Source: an uncultured Chloroflexia bacterium (GTDB lineage: Bacteria > Chloroflexota > Limnocylindria > Limnocylindrales > CSP1-4). Taken from it: a stretch of 64,000 nt of DNA. Each line of letters begins with the position of its first letter. Position 1 is the stretch's first letter. This document shows positions 19,392 through 28,489 of this stretch, one piece after another. A model generated the notes under the pieces. That model saw only the letters and a program-made list of their open reading frames with translations, made no database searches and was not told the origin of the DNA. The translations under genes and the position numbers were made by a program. The stretch covers positions 32,001 through 96,000 of the forward strand of contig CAVYIM010000009.1 of assembly GCA_963768655.1 (NCBI GenBank), written 5' to 3'.

Positions 19392-20144
19392 GTGATCCGA
19401 ACCCTCGTCGCCCCCGAGCGAGAAGGCGACCTCATCGGACTCGCGCTGGCAGACCTCGTGGCGGGTGGATCGTTCGAGTCTCCCGGCCAGCTCGACACGG
19501 CAGTCGTCGTGCTGAGCGGCGTCGTCGACGTCGAGGCAGCCGGCGAGAAGCTGGGGTCGGCGGGCGGGCGATCGTCCGTCTTCGAGGGCCCGGGCCACAC
19601 CATCTACGCGCCGCCCGGCGCGACCCTGCGGCTCGTGGCCACGCGACCGGCTCAACTTGCCATCGCCACGGCTCCCGGCGGCGCGGGAGCCCCGTCGAAG
19701 GCACGCATCATCGGGCCGGGCGACCAGCGGATCGGCGAGGCCGGCAAAGGCAACTGGCGCCGCGACATCCGCACGATCCTCGGCCCCGAGCACGCCGCCA
19801 GCCGGCTTCTCCTCGGCGAGACGATCAACCCGCCCGGCAACTGGTCGTCGTATCCGCCGCACAAGCACGACCGCCAGGCGCCGCCCGAGGAGGTCCGGCT
19901 GCAGGAGGCTTACTTCTACAAGGTCGACCCGGCCGGCGGCTTCGGTGTCCAGATCCGGTACGACGACGCCGGCGCGGAAACGTTCATCGTTCGCGACGGC
20001 GACGTGGTCGCGATCCCGAGCGGATACCACCCGGTGATCGCCGCGCCCGGTTACTCGCTCTACTACCTGTGGGTCATGGCCGGCGACGGGCGCCAGATGG
20101 CCCCCTATTTCGACCCGGCCCACGCCTGGGTCCAGGAGTCATGA
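19392..20144 (+). CDS. iolB: IolB/KduI-family cupin isomerase (5-deoxy-glucuronate isomerase-like)
   Basis: GRSSVF, GNWSSYPPHKHD, EAYFY, IPSGYHPV, YYLWVMAG. Confidence 0.9.
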   Translation: MIRTLVAPEREGDLIGLALADLVAGGSFESPGQLDTAVVVLSGVVDVEAAGEKLGSAGGRSSVFEGPGHTIYAPPGATLRLVATRPAQLAIATAPGGAGAPSKARIIGPGDQRIGEAGKGNWRRDIRTILGPEHAASRLLLGETINPPGNWSSYPPHKHDRQAPPEEVRLQEAYFYKVDPAGGFGVQIRYDDAGAETFIVRDGDVVAIPSGYHPVIAAPGYSLYYLWVMAGDGRQMAPYFDPAHAWVQES

Positions 20145-20971
20145 CGATGGCGCGAGACAATGCGGGCAACGCGGGCAACGCGGGCACTTCGGGCGCAGCC
20201 GGTGTGGCCCTCTTCGATCTGACCGGCAAGGTGGCCGCGGTCATCGGTGGAGCCGGGGTCCTGGGCAGCTCCGTCTGCCACGGCTTCGGCCGGGCGGGCG
20301 CCACGGTTGCTGTGATGGACCGTTCGCGCGAGCGGGCGGACGAGCGGGTGGCCGCGCTCGAGGCCGAAGGCACCCGCGCCGCCGCCCTGGTGCTGGATGC
20401 CTCCGATCGGGCCTCCGTCGAGCGGGCCCGCGTGGATGTGGAGAAGCTTCTCGGGCCAGTCGACATCCTCGTAAACGCGGTCGGCATCAACAGCTCGACT
20501 CCGTTCTTCGAGCTGGGTCTGGACGAGTGGCACCGCGTTCTCGACACGAACCTGACGTCGGCCTTCATCGCCTGCCAGGTCTTCGGTCGGGCGATGGTCG
20601 ACCGCGGTCGGGGCGGGACGATCATCAACTTCTCCTCCACTTCCTCGGAGGTCCCGCTGTCCCGCGTCCTCACCTACTCCGTCTCGAAGGCGGGGATCAA
20701 CATCCTCACCCGCTATCTCGCCCGCGAGCTGGCGCCCCATCGGATCCGCGTCAACGCCATCGTGCCGGGGTTCTTCCCGGCCGAGCAGAACCGCAAGCTG
20801 CTCGACGAGGCCCGCACCGAGGCGATCCTCCGCCACACGCCGGCCGGCCGGCTGGGCGAGGCCGACGAGCTGGTCGGGACGATGATCTGGCTCGCCTCGG
20901 AGCGCGCCTCGGGCTTCGTGACCGGAGCCCTCGTTCGCGTCGACGGCGGCTTCAGCGCGATGACGATCTGA
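20141..20971 (+). CDS. SDR oxidoreductase, D-mannonate/fructuronate oxidoreductase-like
   Basis: GGAGVLG, DILVNAVG, YSVSK (YxxxK), NAIVPGFFPAEQNRKLL; ATGA overlap with the iolB stop. Confidence 0.88.
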   Translation: MTMARDNAGNAGNAGTSGAAGVALFDLTGKVAAVIGGAGVLGSSVCHGFGRAGATVAVMDRSRERADERVAALEAEGTRAAALVLDASDRASVERARVDVEKLLGPVDILVNAVGINSSTPFFELGLDEWHRVLDTNLTSAFIACQVFGRAMVDRGRGGTIINFSSTSSEVPLSRVLTYSVSKAGINILTRYLARELAPHRIRVNAIVPGFFPAEQNRKLLDEARTEAILRHTPAGRLGEADELVGTMIWLASERASGFVTGALVRVDGGFSAMTI

Positions 20972-20995
20972 GGCCGCGGCAGTCCGGTGCCAGGT

Positions 20996-21415
20996 CGTCA
21001 ACAGCTCGAATTCGTCAAGCCCGGAGAGGAAAGCCGCCGGCGTCCGGATCGGGAACTCGCCGGCCAGAGCGAGCAGGTGTCCGTCGCCGGAAACCAGGAC
21101 GGCGCGCTGGTCGGCCGCAAGAGAGAGCAGGTAGTCGTCACCCGGATCAACCGAGCGCACTGGCGGAGAGGCGTCGGGGTCCCTGGAGAGAAAGGCCGAA
21201 CGAGACAGCCAGGCCATGAACGCTTCGGCGTCGCTCGTGGGTATCAGGCGCTGAAGCTTCGGATACGCGAGCGCCCGGCCCAGCTCGGCGAGCAATGCGG
21301 GCGACACGATCAGCTCGAACCGACCCTGCTGCCAGGCCAGCAGCAGTCGGGCCGGGGCGCCCGTCCGCGACAGCAGAGCTGAGATCAGGACGTTGGCGTC
21401 GAGGACTGCGCGCAA
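20996..21415 (-). CDS. PIN-domain toxin (second paralog); no in-frame stop at the expected end, so the lower coordinate is approximate
   Basis: TTG 21415, then RAVLDANVLISALL, LLAELGRAL, DPGDDYLL, LVSGDGHLL, TPAAFL; the frame stays open to 20105. Confidence 0.82.
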
Positions 21416-21416
21416 C

Positions 21417-21647
21417 CTACGGCCGCGGGCTGCGAGTCTCGTGCTGAGCCTCAACGCCCAGCGCCAGGGCGACATCCGCCGGCAGGTCATTGGTCGCCCA
21501 GAGTCGATCGAGCAGATCCAGTCCCAGGTCGCGCCTGAGCGCCTCTTCGATGACCTCGCTGTCGCCCTTGCCGCTGCGGGCCGCGCGGACCTTTACCGCG
21601 CGCAGGACTTCGTCATCGACGGTCAGGGTAGTTCGGACTTTGGCCAT
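21417..21647 (-). CDS. RHH/CopG-type antitoxin (second paralog)
   Basis: MAKVRTTLTVDDEVLRAVKVRAARSGKGDSEVIEEALRRDLG, clearly similar to 12838..13086. Confidence 0.87.
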   Translation of the reverse strand: MAKVRTTLTVDDEVLRAVKVRAARSGKGDSEVIEEALRRDLGLDLLDRLWATNDLPADVALALGVEAQHETRSPRP

Positions 21648-21651
21648 ATCC

Positions 21652-21672
21652 GCATCATAGCATCAGCGCATC
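21652..21672 (-). promoter_or_regulatory. Extended -10 promoter and direct-repeat operator of TA module 2
   Basis: TG-c-TATGAT on the minus strand, 6 nt before ATG; GCATC repeated at 21652, 21660 and 21668. Confidence 0.55.
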
Positions 21673-21701
21673 TCGATGATCACCGGGCCGTCGGATCGGC
21701 G

Positions 21702-22511
21702 TTAGGGCCGACCGCGGGCGATGAGCGCGCCGATCGTGCCGGCACCGACTCCATCATCGATGCCGACGACCGCGACACCCGGCGCGCAGGACGAGAGCAT
21801 CGCCAGCAGCGCGCTCAGCCCGCCGAACGAGGCGCCGTAGCCGACGCTCGTCGGGCAGGCAATGACGGGCACTCGCGCCAGGCCGCCGACGACACTCGCC
21901 AGCGCGGCGTCCATGCCGGCGATGACGACGATCGCGTCGGCCCGCTCGATCTCCGGCTGCTCGCCGAGCAAGCGGTGGAGTCCGGCGACGCCCACGTCGC
22001 CGATCACGCGGACGCCGGCCCCGAGCAGCGAGGCGACGGTCTCGGCCTCCTCGGCGACGGGCAGGTCCGAGGTCCCGGCGGTGAGAATGAGCAGCCGGCC
22101 TCGAGCCGCCGGGACGGCGCGGGGGATCGCCACCAGGCCGGCTCGCTCGCGCCAGATCGTCTCGAGGCCGCGGGCTTCGGCGAGGGACCGGACCGCGTCG
22201 GCGTCATCTGCGGCGACGCGGGTCACGACGACGCTCGACTCGTCGTGCTCCAGTTGCGCCTCGACAATCGCCAGCAGCTGCTCGCGAGTCTTGCCCGGGG
22301 CGTAGACGAATTCCACGATGCCCTGGCGCAGGTTGCGGTGATGATCGACGCGGGCGAAGCCGAGGTCGCTGAAGGGCAGCCGGCGCAGCGACTCGAGCGC
22401 GGTCTCGGTCGGAACGCTGCCGTCGGCGACGCCGCGCAGCAGCTCCTCCAGGGCGGCGGAGTAGGAGGCTCCCAGCGCCGGTCTCCCTGCCGGCCCGTCG
22501 CCCTCAGGCAT
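21702..22511 (-). CDS. larB: Nickel-pincer cofactor biosynthesis carboxylase/hydrolase LarB
   Basis: FARVDHHRNLRQG, YAPGKT, TAGTSDLPVAEEA, DVGVAGLHRL, IACPTSVGYG, SCAPGVAVV; ATG overlaps the larE stop. Confidence 0.95.
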   Translation of the reverse strand: MPEGDGPAGRPALGASYSAALEELLRGVADGSVPTETALESLRRLPFSDLGFARVDHHRNLRQGIVEFVYAPGKTREQLLAIVEAQLEHDESSVVVTRVAADDADAVRSLAEARGLETIWRERAGLVAIPRAVPAARGRLLILTAGTSDLPVAEEAETVASLLGAGVRVIGDVGVAGLHRLLGEQPEIERADAIVVIAGMDAALASVVGGLARVPVIACPTSVGYGASFGGLSALLAMLSSCAPGVAVVGIDDGVGAGTIGALIARGRP

Positions 22512-23367
22512 TGGAGCTGTCTCCTGCGCCGGTTCCGGCATACGCATCCGAAGACCAGCTCTCGAACCCGAGATCGGCCAGGCGCGTCCGGATCTCGGCC
22601 GCCCGAAGATCCAGCCCGGCCAGATCCTCCGCCTCGACCTCCACGCGGGCATGGCTACCGAAGTCTCGAACGCGAACCTGGCGGAAGCCCATCGCCCGAA
22701 GCGCCAGCTCGGCCGCCTCGACGCGCCGCAGCCGGTCCGCCGTGATCATCTCGCCGAACGGGACCCGGCTCGCCAGGCACGCCGACGCCGGCCGGTTCCA
22801 ACCCTCGATGCCGATCGATCGGGCCAGCAGGCGAAGCTGCTCTTTGGTGATGCCCGCCTCGGCGAGGGGCGAGCGGACGCCCAGCTCGGCGCCGGCCGCC
22901 ATGCCGGGCCGGTCGAGCCGTTGCGTGTCCGAGGCGTTCGTCCCGTCGACGACCCAGGCGTAGCCCTCGGCCTTCGCGATCGCCGCGGCGGCGCCGTACA
23001 GCTCGAGCTTGCAGAAGTAGCAGCGGGAACGCGGGTTGCGGGCGTAGCGGGGGTCGTCCAGTTCCTTCGTCGGGATCGTCCGCCATCCGGTCCCGTATCG
23101 GGCCGCCTCTCCGGCGGCGGCCGCGGCGTCGGTCCGATCCCAGGCCGGCACGGCGGCCGATTCGGCGGTCAGCGCCAGGCAGCGCTCGCCAAGCAGCGGC
23201 GAGGCGACCGCGAGCAGGAAGCTCGAGTCGATCCCGCCGGAGAGCGCCAGCACGCAGGAGCCGAGTCCCTCGACGATCTCCAGCAGGCGGCCGAACCGCG
23301 CCAGGACGACCGGGTCGGCGGCGGCCGGCCCGGATTGCGCGCGCTCCAGCAGGTCGTGGTATGGCAT
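22504..23367 (-). CDS. larE: ATP-dependent sulfur transferase LarE
   Basis: PP-loop SGGIDS, RCYFCK, DGTNASD, RPG, SPLAEAG, SACLASRVPFG, QVRVR. Confidence 0.94.
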   Translation of the reverse strand: MPYHDLLERAQSGPAAADPVVLARFGRLLEIVEGLGSCVLALSGGIDSSFLLAVASPLLGERCLALTAESAAVPAWDRTDAAAAAGEAARYGTGWRTIPTKELDDPRYARNPRSRCYFCKLELYGAAAAIAKAEGYAWVVDGTNASDTQRLDRPGMAAGAELGVRSPLAEAGITKEQLRLLARSIGIEGWNRPASACLASRVPFGEMITADRLRRVEAAELALRAMGFRQVRVRDFGSHARVEVEAEDLAGLDLRAAEIRTRLADLGFESWSSDAYAGTGAGDSSNA

Positions 23368-23450
23368 CGGCGTGACGATACATCCCATCCGCCGGAGCCG
23401 CCCCGCCCGCCCGCGAGAGGCCCGATACCGGCACGTGTAGAGTTGTGCCG

Positions 23451-24839
23451 ATGCAACACGACAAGACGCCCCATCGCGCGCTCGAGCCCGAGGCGCTTGC
23501 CGATCCGCCCGTCCCGACCGCCCCTGCCGCGGCCGGCGGACCCGCACCGTCGCGCGCTTCCAGCCAGGAGCCGTTCGCGGAGTTCATGCGCGTCAATCTG
23601 CCTCGCTGGGCCCTGGTCCGGCACCACATGGACCCCACTGAAGTGACCGACATCGCCGCGACCGTCGCGGCCGCCCTCGATCCGCAACGCGAGGCGATCC
23701 GGCCCGGCTCGCGAGTCTGCCTGGCCGTCGGCAGCCGAGGCATCGATCGGATCGACCAGGTCGTTCGCGCCGCGGTGGCCTGGGTCCGCGCCGCCGGCGC
23801 CGAGGTCTTCGTCGTGCCGGCGATGGGCAGCCACGGCGGCGCCACGCCCGAGGGCCAGCTGGAGGTGCTCGCCTCCTACGGAATGACGCCCGAGTCGATC
23901 GGCTGCGAGATCCGCTCGAGCATGGAGACGGTCGAGCTGGGCGAGGTCCGGCCCGGCGTCCCGGTCTTCGTCGACCGCCTCGCCCTTGAAGGCGCCGACG
24001 CGATCGTCCCGATCAACCGTGTCAAGCCGCACACGGACTTCACCGGCGAGATCGAGAGCGGCCTGATGAAGATGATCGCGATCGGGCTGGGCAAGCAGAA
24101 GGGCGCCGACACCTTCCATCGCCAGGGCTTCGCCATCTTCCACGAGCTCATCCCGGCGGTCGCCGAGTTCACCCTCTCGAAGGTGAACATACCGTTCGGG
24201 CTGGCCCTGGTCGAGAACGGGTATGCCAGGCTGTGGCGGATCGAGGCGGTGCGACGCGACCGGATCTGGGATCGCGAGCGAGAGCTGCTGGTGATGGCCC
24301 GCGAGCGGATGGCCCGCCTGCCGCTGGACACCATCGACGTCCTGGTGCTCGACTTCATCGGCAAGGACATCAGCGGGCTGGGCATGGATTCCAACGTCGT
24401 CGGGCGCTACTACGCCGGGCCGACGGGCGCGGGTCCGAGCATCCAGCGGATCGTCGTCCGCGACCTGACCGGCGAGACCGAGGGCAATGCCGTCGGCATC
24501 GGCATGGCCGACGTGGTGCTGCGGCGCGCGGTCGAGAAGATGGACGCCCACAAGACGTACATGAACTGCATCACGGCCAAGACGCCCGAAGGGGCGCGGG
24601 TCGCGCTGACCGTGGACACGGACCGGGAGGCGCTCTCGATTGCCATTGCCAGCGCCATCGAGGTCGAGCCGCCCGAGGCGCGGATCGTCCGCATCCGTGA
24701 CACCAAGCACCTCGAGCTGCTCTACGTCAGCGAGCCGGCGCTCGCGGACGTGCTGGCAACCGGGCGCTGCGAGATCGTGGCGCCGCTCGAGGCGATCGAC
24801 TTCGGGGCCGACGGAATGTTCGCCGCGGCGGTGGATTAG
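23451..24839 (+). CDS. LarA-superfamily (DUF2088) nickel-pincer-dependent racemase/epimerase homolog
   Basis: AVGSRGI, VPAMGSHGGAT, INRVKPHTDF, ESGLMKMIAIGLGK, GKDISGLGMDSNV, GNAVGIG, TYMN; divergent from larE. Confidence 0.82.
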   Translation: MQHDKTPHRALEPEALADPPVPTAPAAAGGPAPSRASSQEPFAEFMRVNLPRWALVRHHMDPTEVTDIAATVAAALDPQREAIRPGSRVCLAVGSRGIDRIDQVVRAAVAWVRAAGAEVFVVPAMGSHGGATPEGQLEVLASYGMTPESIGCEIRSSMETVELGEVRPGVPVFVDRLALEGADAIVPINRVKPHTDFTGEIESGLMKMIAIGLGKQKGADTFHRQGFAIFHELIPAVAEFTLSKVNIPFGLALVENGYARLWRIEAVRRDRIWDRERELLVMARERMARLPLDTIDVLVLDFIGKDISGLGMDSNVVGRYYAGPTGAGPSIQRIVVRDLTGETEGNAVGIGMADVVLRRAVEKMDAHKTYMNCITAKTPEGARVALTVDTDREALSIAIASAIEVEPPEARIVRIRDTKHLELLYVSEPALADVLATGRCEIVAPLEAIDFGADGMFAAAVD

Positions 24840-24869
24840 GCGGGCTCGCCCGGGTCCCTCTGCCGGCGC

Positions 24870-24939
24870 GGCCCTCAGCGCCCGCCGGTACTCGCCGCCG
24901 GCGTGGCCCTCAGCCAGCCCGCCGGTACTCGCCGCCGGC
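24870..24939. repeat. Tandem duplication of the 3' end of the ArsR/DUF2087 gene
   Basis: GGCCCTCAGC(-/CA)GCCCGCCGGTACTCGCCGCCGGC at 24870-24902 and 24905-24939; the second copy contains the stop codon. Confidence 0.85.
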
Positions 24940-25479
24940 CCGGGTCATCAGGCCCGAGACAACCATGTAGCGCCGCAGAGCGGCCACGTCCTCGTGGTAC
25001 CGGCCGAGGCGCTCGTTTACCTCGCGCTCGGAGTACGGCCGGTCGTCGGCGAAGCAGTGCGCCGCGAGATAGCGCAGCACCGCCTGCCGCTTGCGCTCCT
25101 GGGCCGGTAGCGACACCAGCCGCCCGTCGCGAATGAAGGCGCGGAGCACCTTGGCGTCGTAGGCCGGCAACGACTCGCCGTCCGGGCCCGCCAGCTCGGC
25201 GCCGGCTTCGTCCGCCCGTTCGAGACCCGCCAGCTGCTTCGAGACCGCCGCCAGCCGATCGACACGAAGGGCGTACTCCACGTACGGGCGGCGAGGCGTC
25301 GCCTCGACGAGGCCAGCTGCCTCGAGGCGCTGGAGGTGGTGGACGACGGTCCCGGCCGAAAGCCCGCTCGCCGCCGCCAGCTCTTCGACCGCCATCGGAC
25401 GCCCGGCTAACAGCCCGACCAGCCGCAGACGCGAAGCATCGGCCAGGGCGCGGAGAGCTTCCAGTAGTTGCGGATCCAT
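24910..25479 (-). CDS. ArsR-family HTH fused to a DUF2087-type domain
   Basis: LRALADASRLRLVGLL..HHLQRLEAAGLV; KVLRAFIRDGRLVSLPAQERKR..YSEREVN..DVAALRRYMV. Confidence 0.88.
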   Translation of the reverse strand: MDPQLLEALRALADASRLRLVGLLAGRPMAVEELAAASGLSAGTVVHHLQRLEAAGLVEATPRRPYVEYALRVDRLAAVSKQLAGLERADEAGAELAGPDGESLPAYDAKVLRAFIRDGRLVSLPAQERKRQAVLRYLAAHCFADDRPYSEREVNERLGRYHEDVAALRRYMVVSGLMTRAGGEYRRAG

Positions 25480-25753
25480 GGCGTCAGGATAGCCACGATT
25501 TGATACATGCCAAATCGTCACCCCGGACAAGCTCGGCGATTCAGGCCCGCCCGGCGGCCTGCGTCGGCGGCCTGCGTCGTCGGCCGCCGGATCCACCTCG
25601 GCGTGCCGCGTTTGCGCGCGAATGCCTCACGCGAGGTGCGCCGCTCTTCTATCGTTCCGGAGAGTCCGCGATACGGCCATCCTGGGTCATGGCTGGTCCA
25701 TGGCCAAAAGGTTGGATAGCCGATCAGGTTCGCGGAGGACTAGGGTGCGCCGC

Positions 25754-26230
25754 ATGGATGAGACCAGCCGAATCTGCCCCTGGTGTTCTACGTCGATCCC
25801 CGCCGGAGCGTCTGCCTGCCCCAAGTGCCACGCTACGGTCGAAGGCGCAGTGGCGCCCGAGATCCCCGGCGTCACGGTCGTCGACGGCAAAGCCACGCTA
25901 GGCTCCGGCGAGGGCGTAGTCCCCGATGCCTTCGACCCGAAAGCCTGGCTGCGGGCCGGCTACGAGGACCGGGTCGAGAATGAAGAGGCCATCCTCCCGC
26001 CGAGCGAGGCCGTCCGGCTCGAGATGCGCAAGATGGAGCTCGAGGCGCAGATCGAGAACGCCGGCGGATCGGTCATGAGCGCGACAGGGGACGTCTCGCG
26101 CGACATCGGCAAGCCCTCGCGCGAAGCGCTGGCGGCATACGACGCCGGCCTGCTCGACACCACGGGACCCGCGGGCGAGACAGACATCGCCAACCGCGTC
26201 AAGGCCTGGGAAGAGGAGCAGAAGGGCTGA
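25754..26230 (+). CDS. Zinc-ribbon hypothetical protein
   Basis: CPWCS..CPKC N-terminus, acidic C-terminus, GC3-rich codons. Confidence 0.75.
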   Translation: MDETSRICPWCSTSIPAGASACPKCHATVEGAVAPEIPGVTVVDGKATLGSGEGVVPDAFDPKAWLRAGYEDRVENEEAILPPSEAVRLEMRKMELEAQIENAGGSVMSATGDVSRDIGKPSREALAAYDAGLLDTTGPAGETDIANRVKAWEEEQKG

Positions 26231-26303
26231 CGCTCGCTCCGGCGAGGTGGGGCGAGGTCGGGCCATTTGACTCGCGCCCGTCCACGGGCTTAGCCTGCCG
26301 GAA

Positions 26304-27575
26304 ATGCGACTCCTCCTCGCGGCGGCCCTGGCGCTCACGACCCTGATGGGGCTGCCCGCGGTCACGCCACCACCCACCGCCAGCGCCGCTTCCGTCTGCA
26401 CCGGCTGGACGAGTGCGCGCGTGCCGCCAAACACGATCCGCGTGCTTCGGACGGCGACCGGGAAGGTCCAGGTCGTCAACTTCGAGACGTACGTCCAGGT
26501 CGTGATGAGAGCCGAGTGGGGCTCCGACACCACCTGGCCGGTGGCGGGGCTCCAGGCTGGCGCGATGGCCGTCAAGCAATTCGGCTGGTACTACACGATG
26601 CACTGGCGTGGCGGGACGGCCCACGGATCCTGCTACGACGTGCGCGACGATAACAGCGACCAGATCTATGACCCGAGCCGGGCGGCCAGGCCTGACGAGG
26701 TCGCCGCGACAAACGCGACCTGGACCGAGTCGGCCACCAAGAACGGCTCGTTTCTGCTGATGGGCTATCGCTCCGGTGCGTCCGTCGCCTGCGGCGCCGA
26801 TGCCGACGGCTACCACCTGTACCAGCACAGCTCGCGGGCGTGTGCCTCGGCCGGGATGACGGTCGACCAGATCCTCCACGTCTACTTCGACCCGGGGTTG
26901 GCGCTTTGGGAGCCACCTGCCACGCCCTCGGCCATCTTCATGTCGCCAGCCGAGCAGGAGCAGGTGACCGTCGGGACTTCGGCGACGCTCGCGTGGGTGG
27001 AGCAACCGGCCAGCGGGACGACGATCTCCAGCCGGCACGTCTCGTTGTTGATGGCTCTGCCGCTCAACGGCAGCTGTGCCGTCGACCGCTGGGTGCCCGC
27101 CGCGCCGCCGTGGCAGTCCACCGCCGCGTCGCCGCAGACCGTGACGGGTCTCCATGCCGGGTACTGCTACCGCGCTGTCGTTGCGTTGACGGACTCAACC
27201 GCTGCCACGACCGAGTGGCAGTCCGGCACGATGCTGGTCGATCCGGCGGCGCCGAAAGGAACCTTCACCAGCCCGCATCCGAACGTCGTGACGGCGATCG
27301 GCGGCACGACCGCCCCGGTGCGCTGGACCGAGACGCTGACGGCCGGGACGCACCTGATCAGCCGCAGCCTCGTCACCGAGCGGGCGGCACAGGCGGCTCC
27401 GGGGACCTGCGCCGGCGCGCAGTGGGGCGCCCTTACCTCGACCAACTCCGCGTCGCCCGTCACGTCCACCGGGCTCGGCAAGCTGTTCTGCTACCGCTAC
27501 CGGCTGATCCTGACCGACAGCGCCGGTCACCAGAGCACGACGGTCTCCGGCATCCTGATGGGCCCGTCCGCCTGA
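26304..27575 (+). CDS. Secreted SpoIID/LytB-domain protein with two C-terminal Cys-containing beta repeats
   Basis: Signal peptide; FETYVQVVMRAEW, LQAGAMAVK, YDVRDDNSDQIY, QILHVYF; two repeats ending GLxxxxCYRxx. Confidence 0.8.
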   Translation: MRLLLAAALALTTLMGLPAVTPPPTASAASVCTGWTSARVPPNTIRVLRTATGKVQVVNFETYVQVVMRAEWGSDTTWPVAGLQAGAMAVKQFGWYYTMHWRGGTAHGSCYDVRDDNSDQIYDPSRAARPDEVAATNATWTESATKNGSFLLMGYRSGASVACGADADGYHLYQHSSRACASAGMTVDQILHVYFDPGLALWEPPATPSAIFMSPAEQEQVTVGTSATLAWVEQPASGTTISSRHVSLLMALPLNGSCAVDRWVPAAPPWQSTAASPQTVTGLHAGYCYRAVVALTDSTAATTEWQSGTMLVDPAAPKGTFTSPHPNVVTAIGGTTAPVRWTETLTAGTHLISRSLVTERAAQAAPGTCAGAQWGALTSTNSASPVTSTGLGKLFCYRYRLILTDSAGHQSTTVSGILMGPSA

Positions 27576-27790
27576 CGTCCGAGCCGTCCGACCCGACCGA
27601 CCCATCCGATCCGACCGACGTCCGCTCAGGCTCACACGCGGGCGTCGCACCGGCCGCCCACGCTGGACCGCGGGCGTCGCGCCGGCCGGCCACACCGAGC
27701 CCCGCATTCGACCGGGGTCCGTTCCGGGCGTAGGATTGACCGTGCCTGACGTCGAGGGGCAAGTTCCTCGCCGCAGATCGGGGTGATGAA

Positions 27791-28168
27791 ATGGAACCGA
27801 ACGAGCAGGGTGGCGAGACTGGCGGAGCCGGCGATCAGGGCGGCGGACCGCGCATGGAACAAGCCCGAGCCGCGGCCGAGAAGATGATCGCGCAGCTCCA
27901 GGTGATGATCGACCAGACCGGCAAGACCGCAGGTCCAGTCCTCCGCGACGTGGCCGCGAAGGCCGCCGAGCTGGCCGCCGTCGCGGCCGAGAATGCCGGC
28001 CCGGTCGCGCACAAGGCAGCGGACGTGACCGAGCATGTCGGCGATCGCCTGGCGGCCCGGAGCAAGGACCTCGCCGCGGATCTTCGAAAGGCCGCCGAGG
28101 CTGCCCGCGCCCGAAACGCCGAGGGCACCGACGAAGGCTCCAAGCCGGACGACGCACCGAAGGCGTAG
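27791..28168 (+). CDS. Small Ala-rich helical hypothetical protein
   Basis: 125-aa ORF with GC3-rich codons, GGGGTG upstream and an amphipathic helical pattern. Confidence 0.7.
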   Translation: MEPNEQGGETGGAGDQGGGPRMEQARAAAEKMIAQLQVMIDQTGKTAGPVLRDVAAKAAELAAVAAENAGPVAHKAADVTEHVGDRLAARSKDLAADLRKAAEAARARNAEGTDEGSKPDDAPKA

Positions 28169-28489
28169 CGGGGGAGCAGGCCGGCAGGCGGCGGCGGACC
28201 AGCGGCGGCGGGCTTGCGGCGGTGAACGGCGGTCGGCGGCTGGCTCAGCCCGCGGCGGCCCAGCCGAGGTTTCCGGATTCACATGACGTGGGCATTCGGA
28301 AAAGGCTCGGGTGGGCCGGACTCCGAATGCGACCCCGACGAACGCCCTGCGAGCCCGGTGCACGCTCGAATGCGCTCGAGTCGGCCGATCGGACGTGACA
28401 GGACGGCCCGTCGAGCGTTCCGGCGGTCTCCCATCGTTGCCCAATGACGTTCTGGTGGGAATTCGGAAAGAACGGCCGAGGGCGGGCAC

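Noticed and set aside
19392-20144. myo-inositol catabolic operon
   Set aside because: Only an IolB homolog is present; iolC, iolD, iolE and iolG are absent from the window.
18317-20971. 884-aa ORF suggesting a large SDR fusion
   Set aside because: The first ~600 codons are antisense to larC and out of frame over iolB; the SDR starts at ATG 20141.
27576-27625. CCGA(C/T) microrepeats after the SpoIID-like gene and GCCC(C/T) runs near 10300-10350
   Set aside because: Short low-complexity repeats with no evidence of function.
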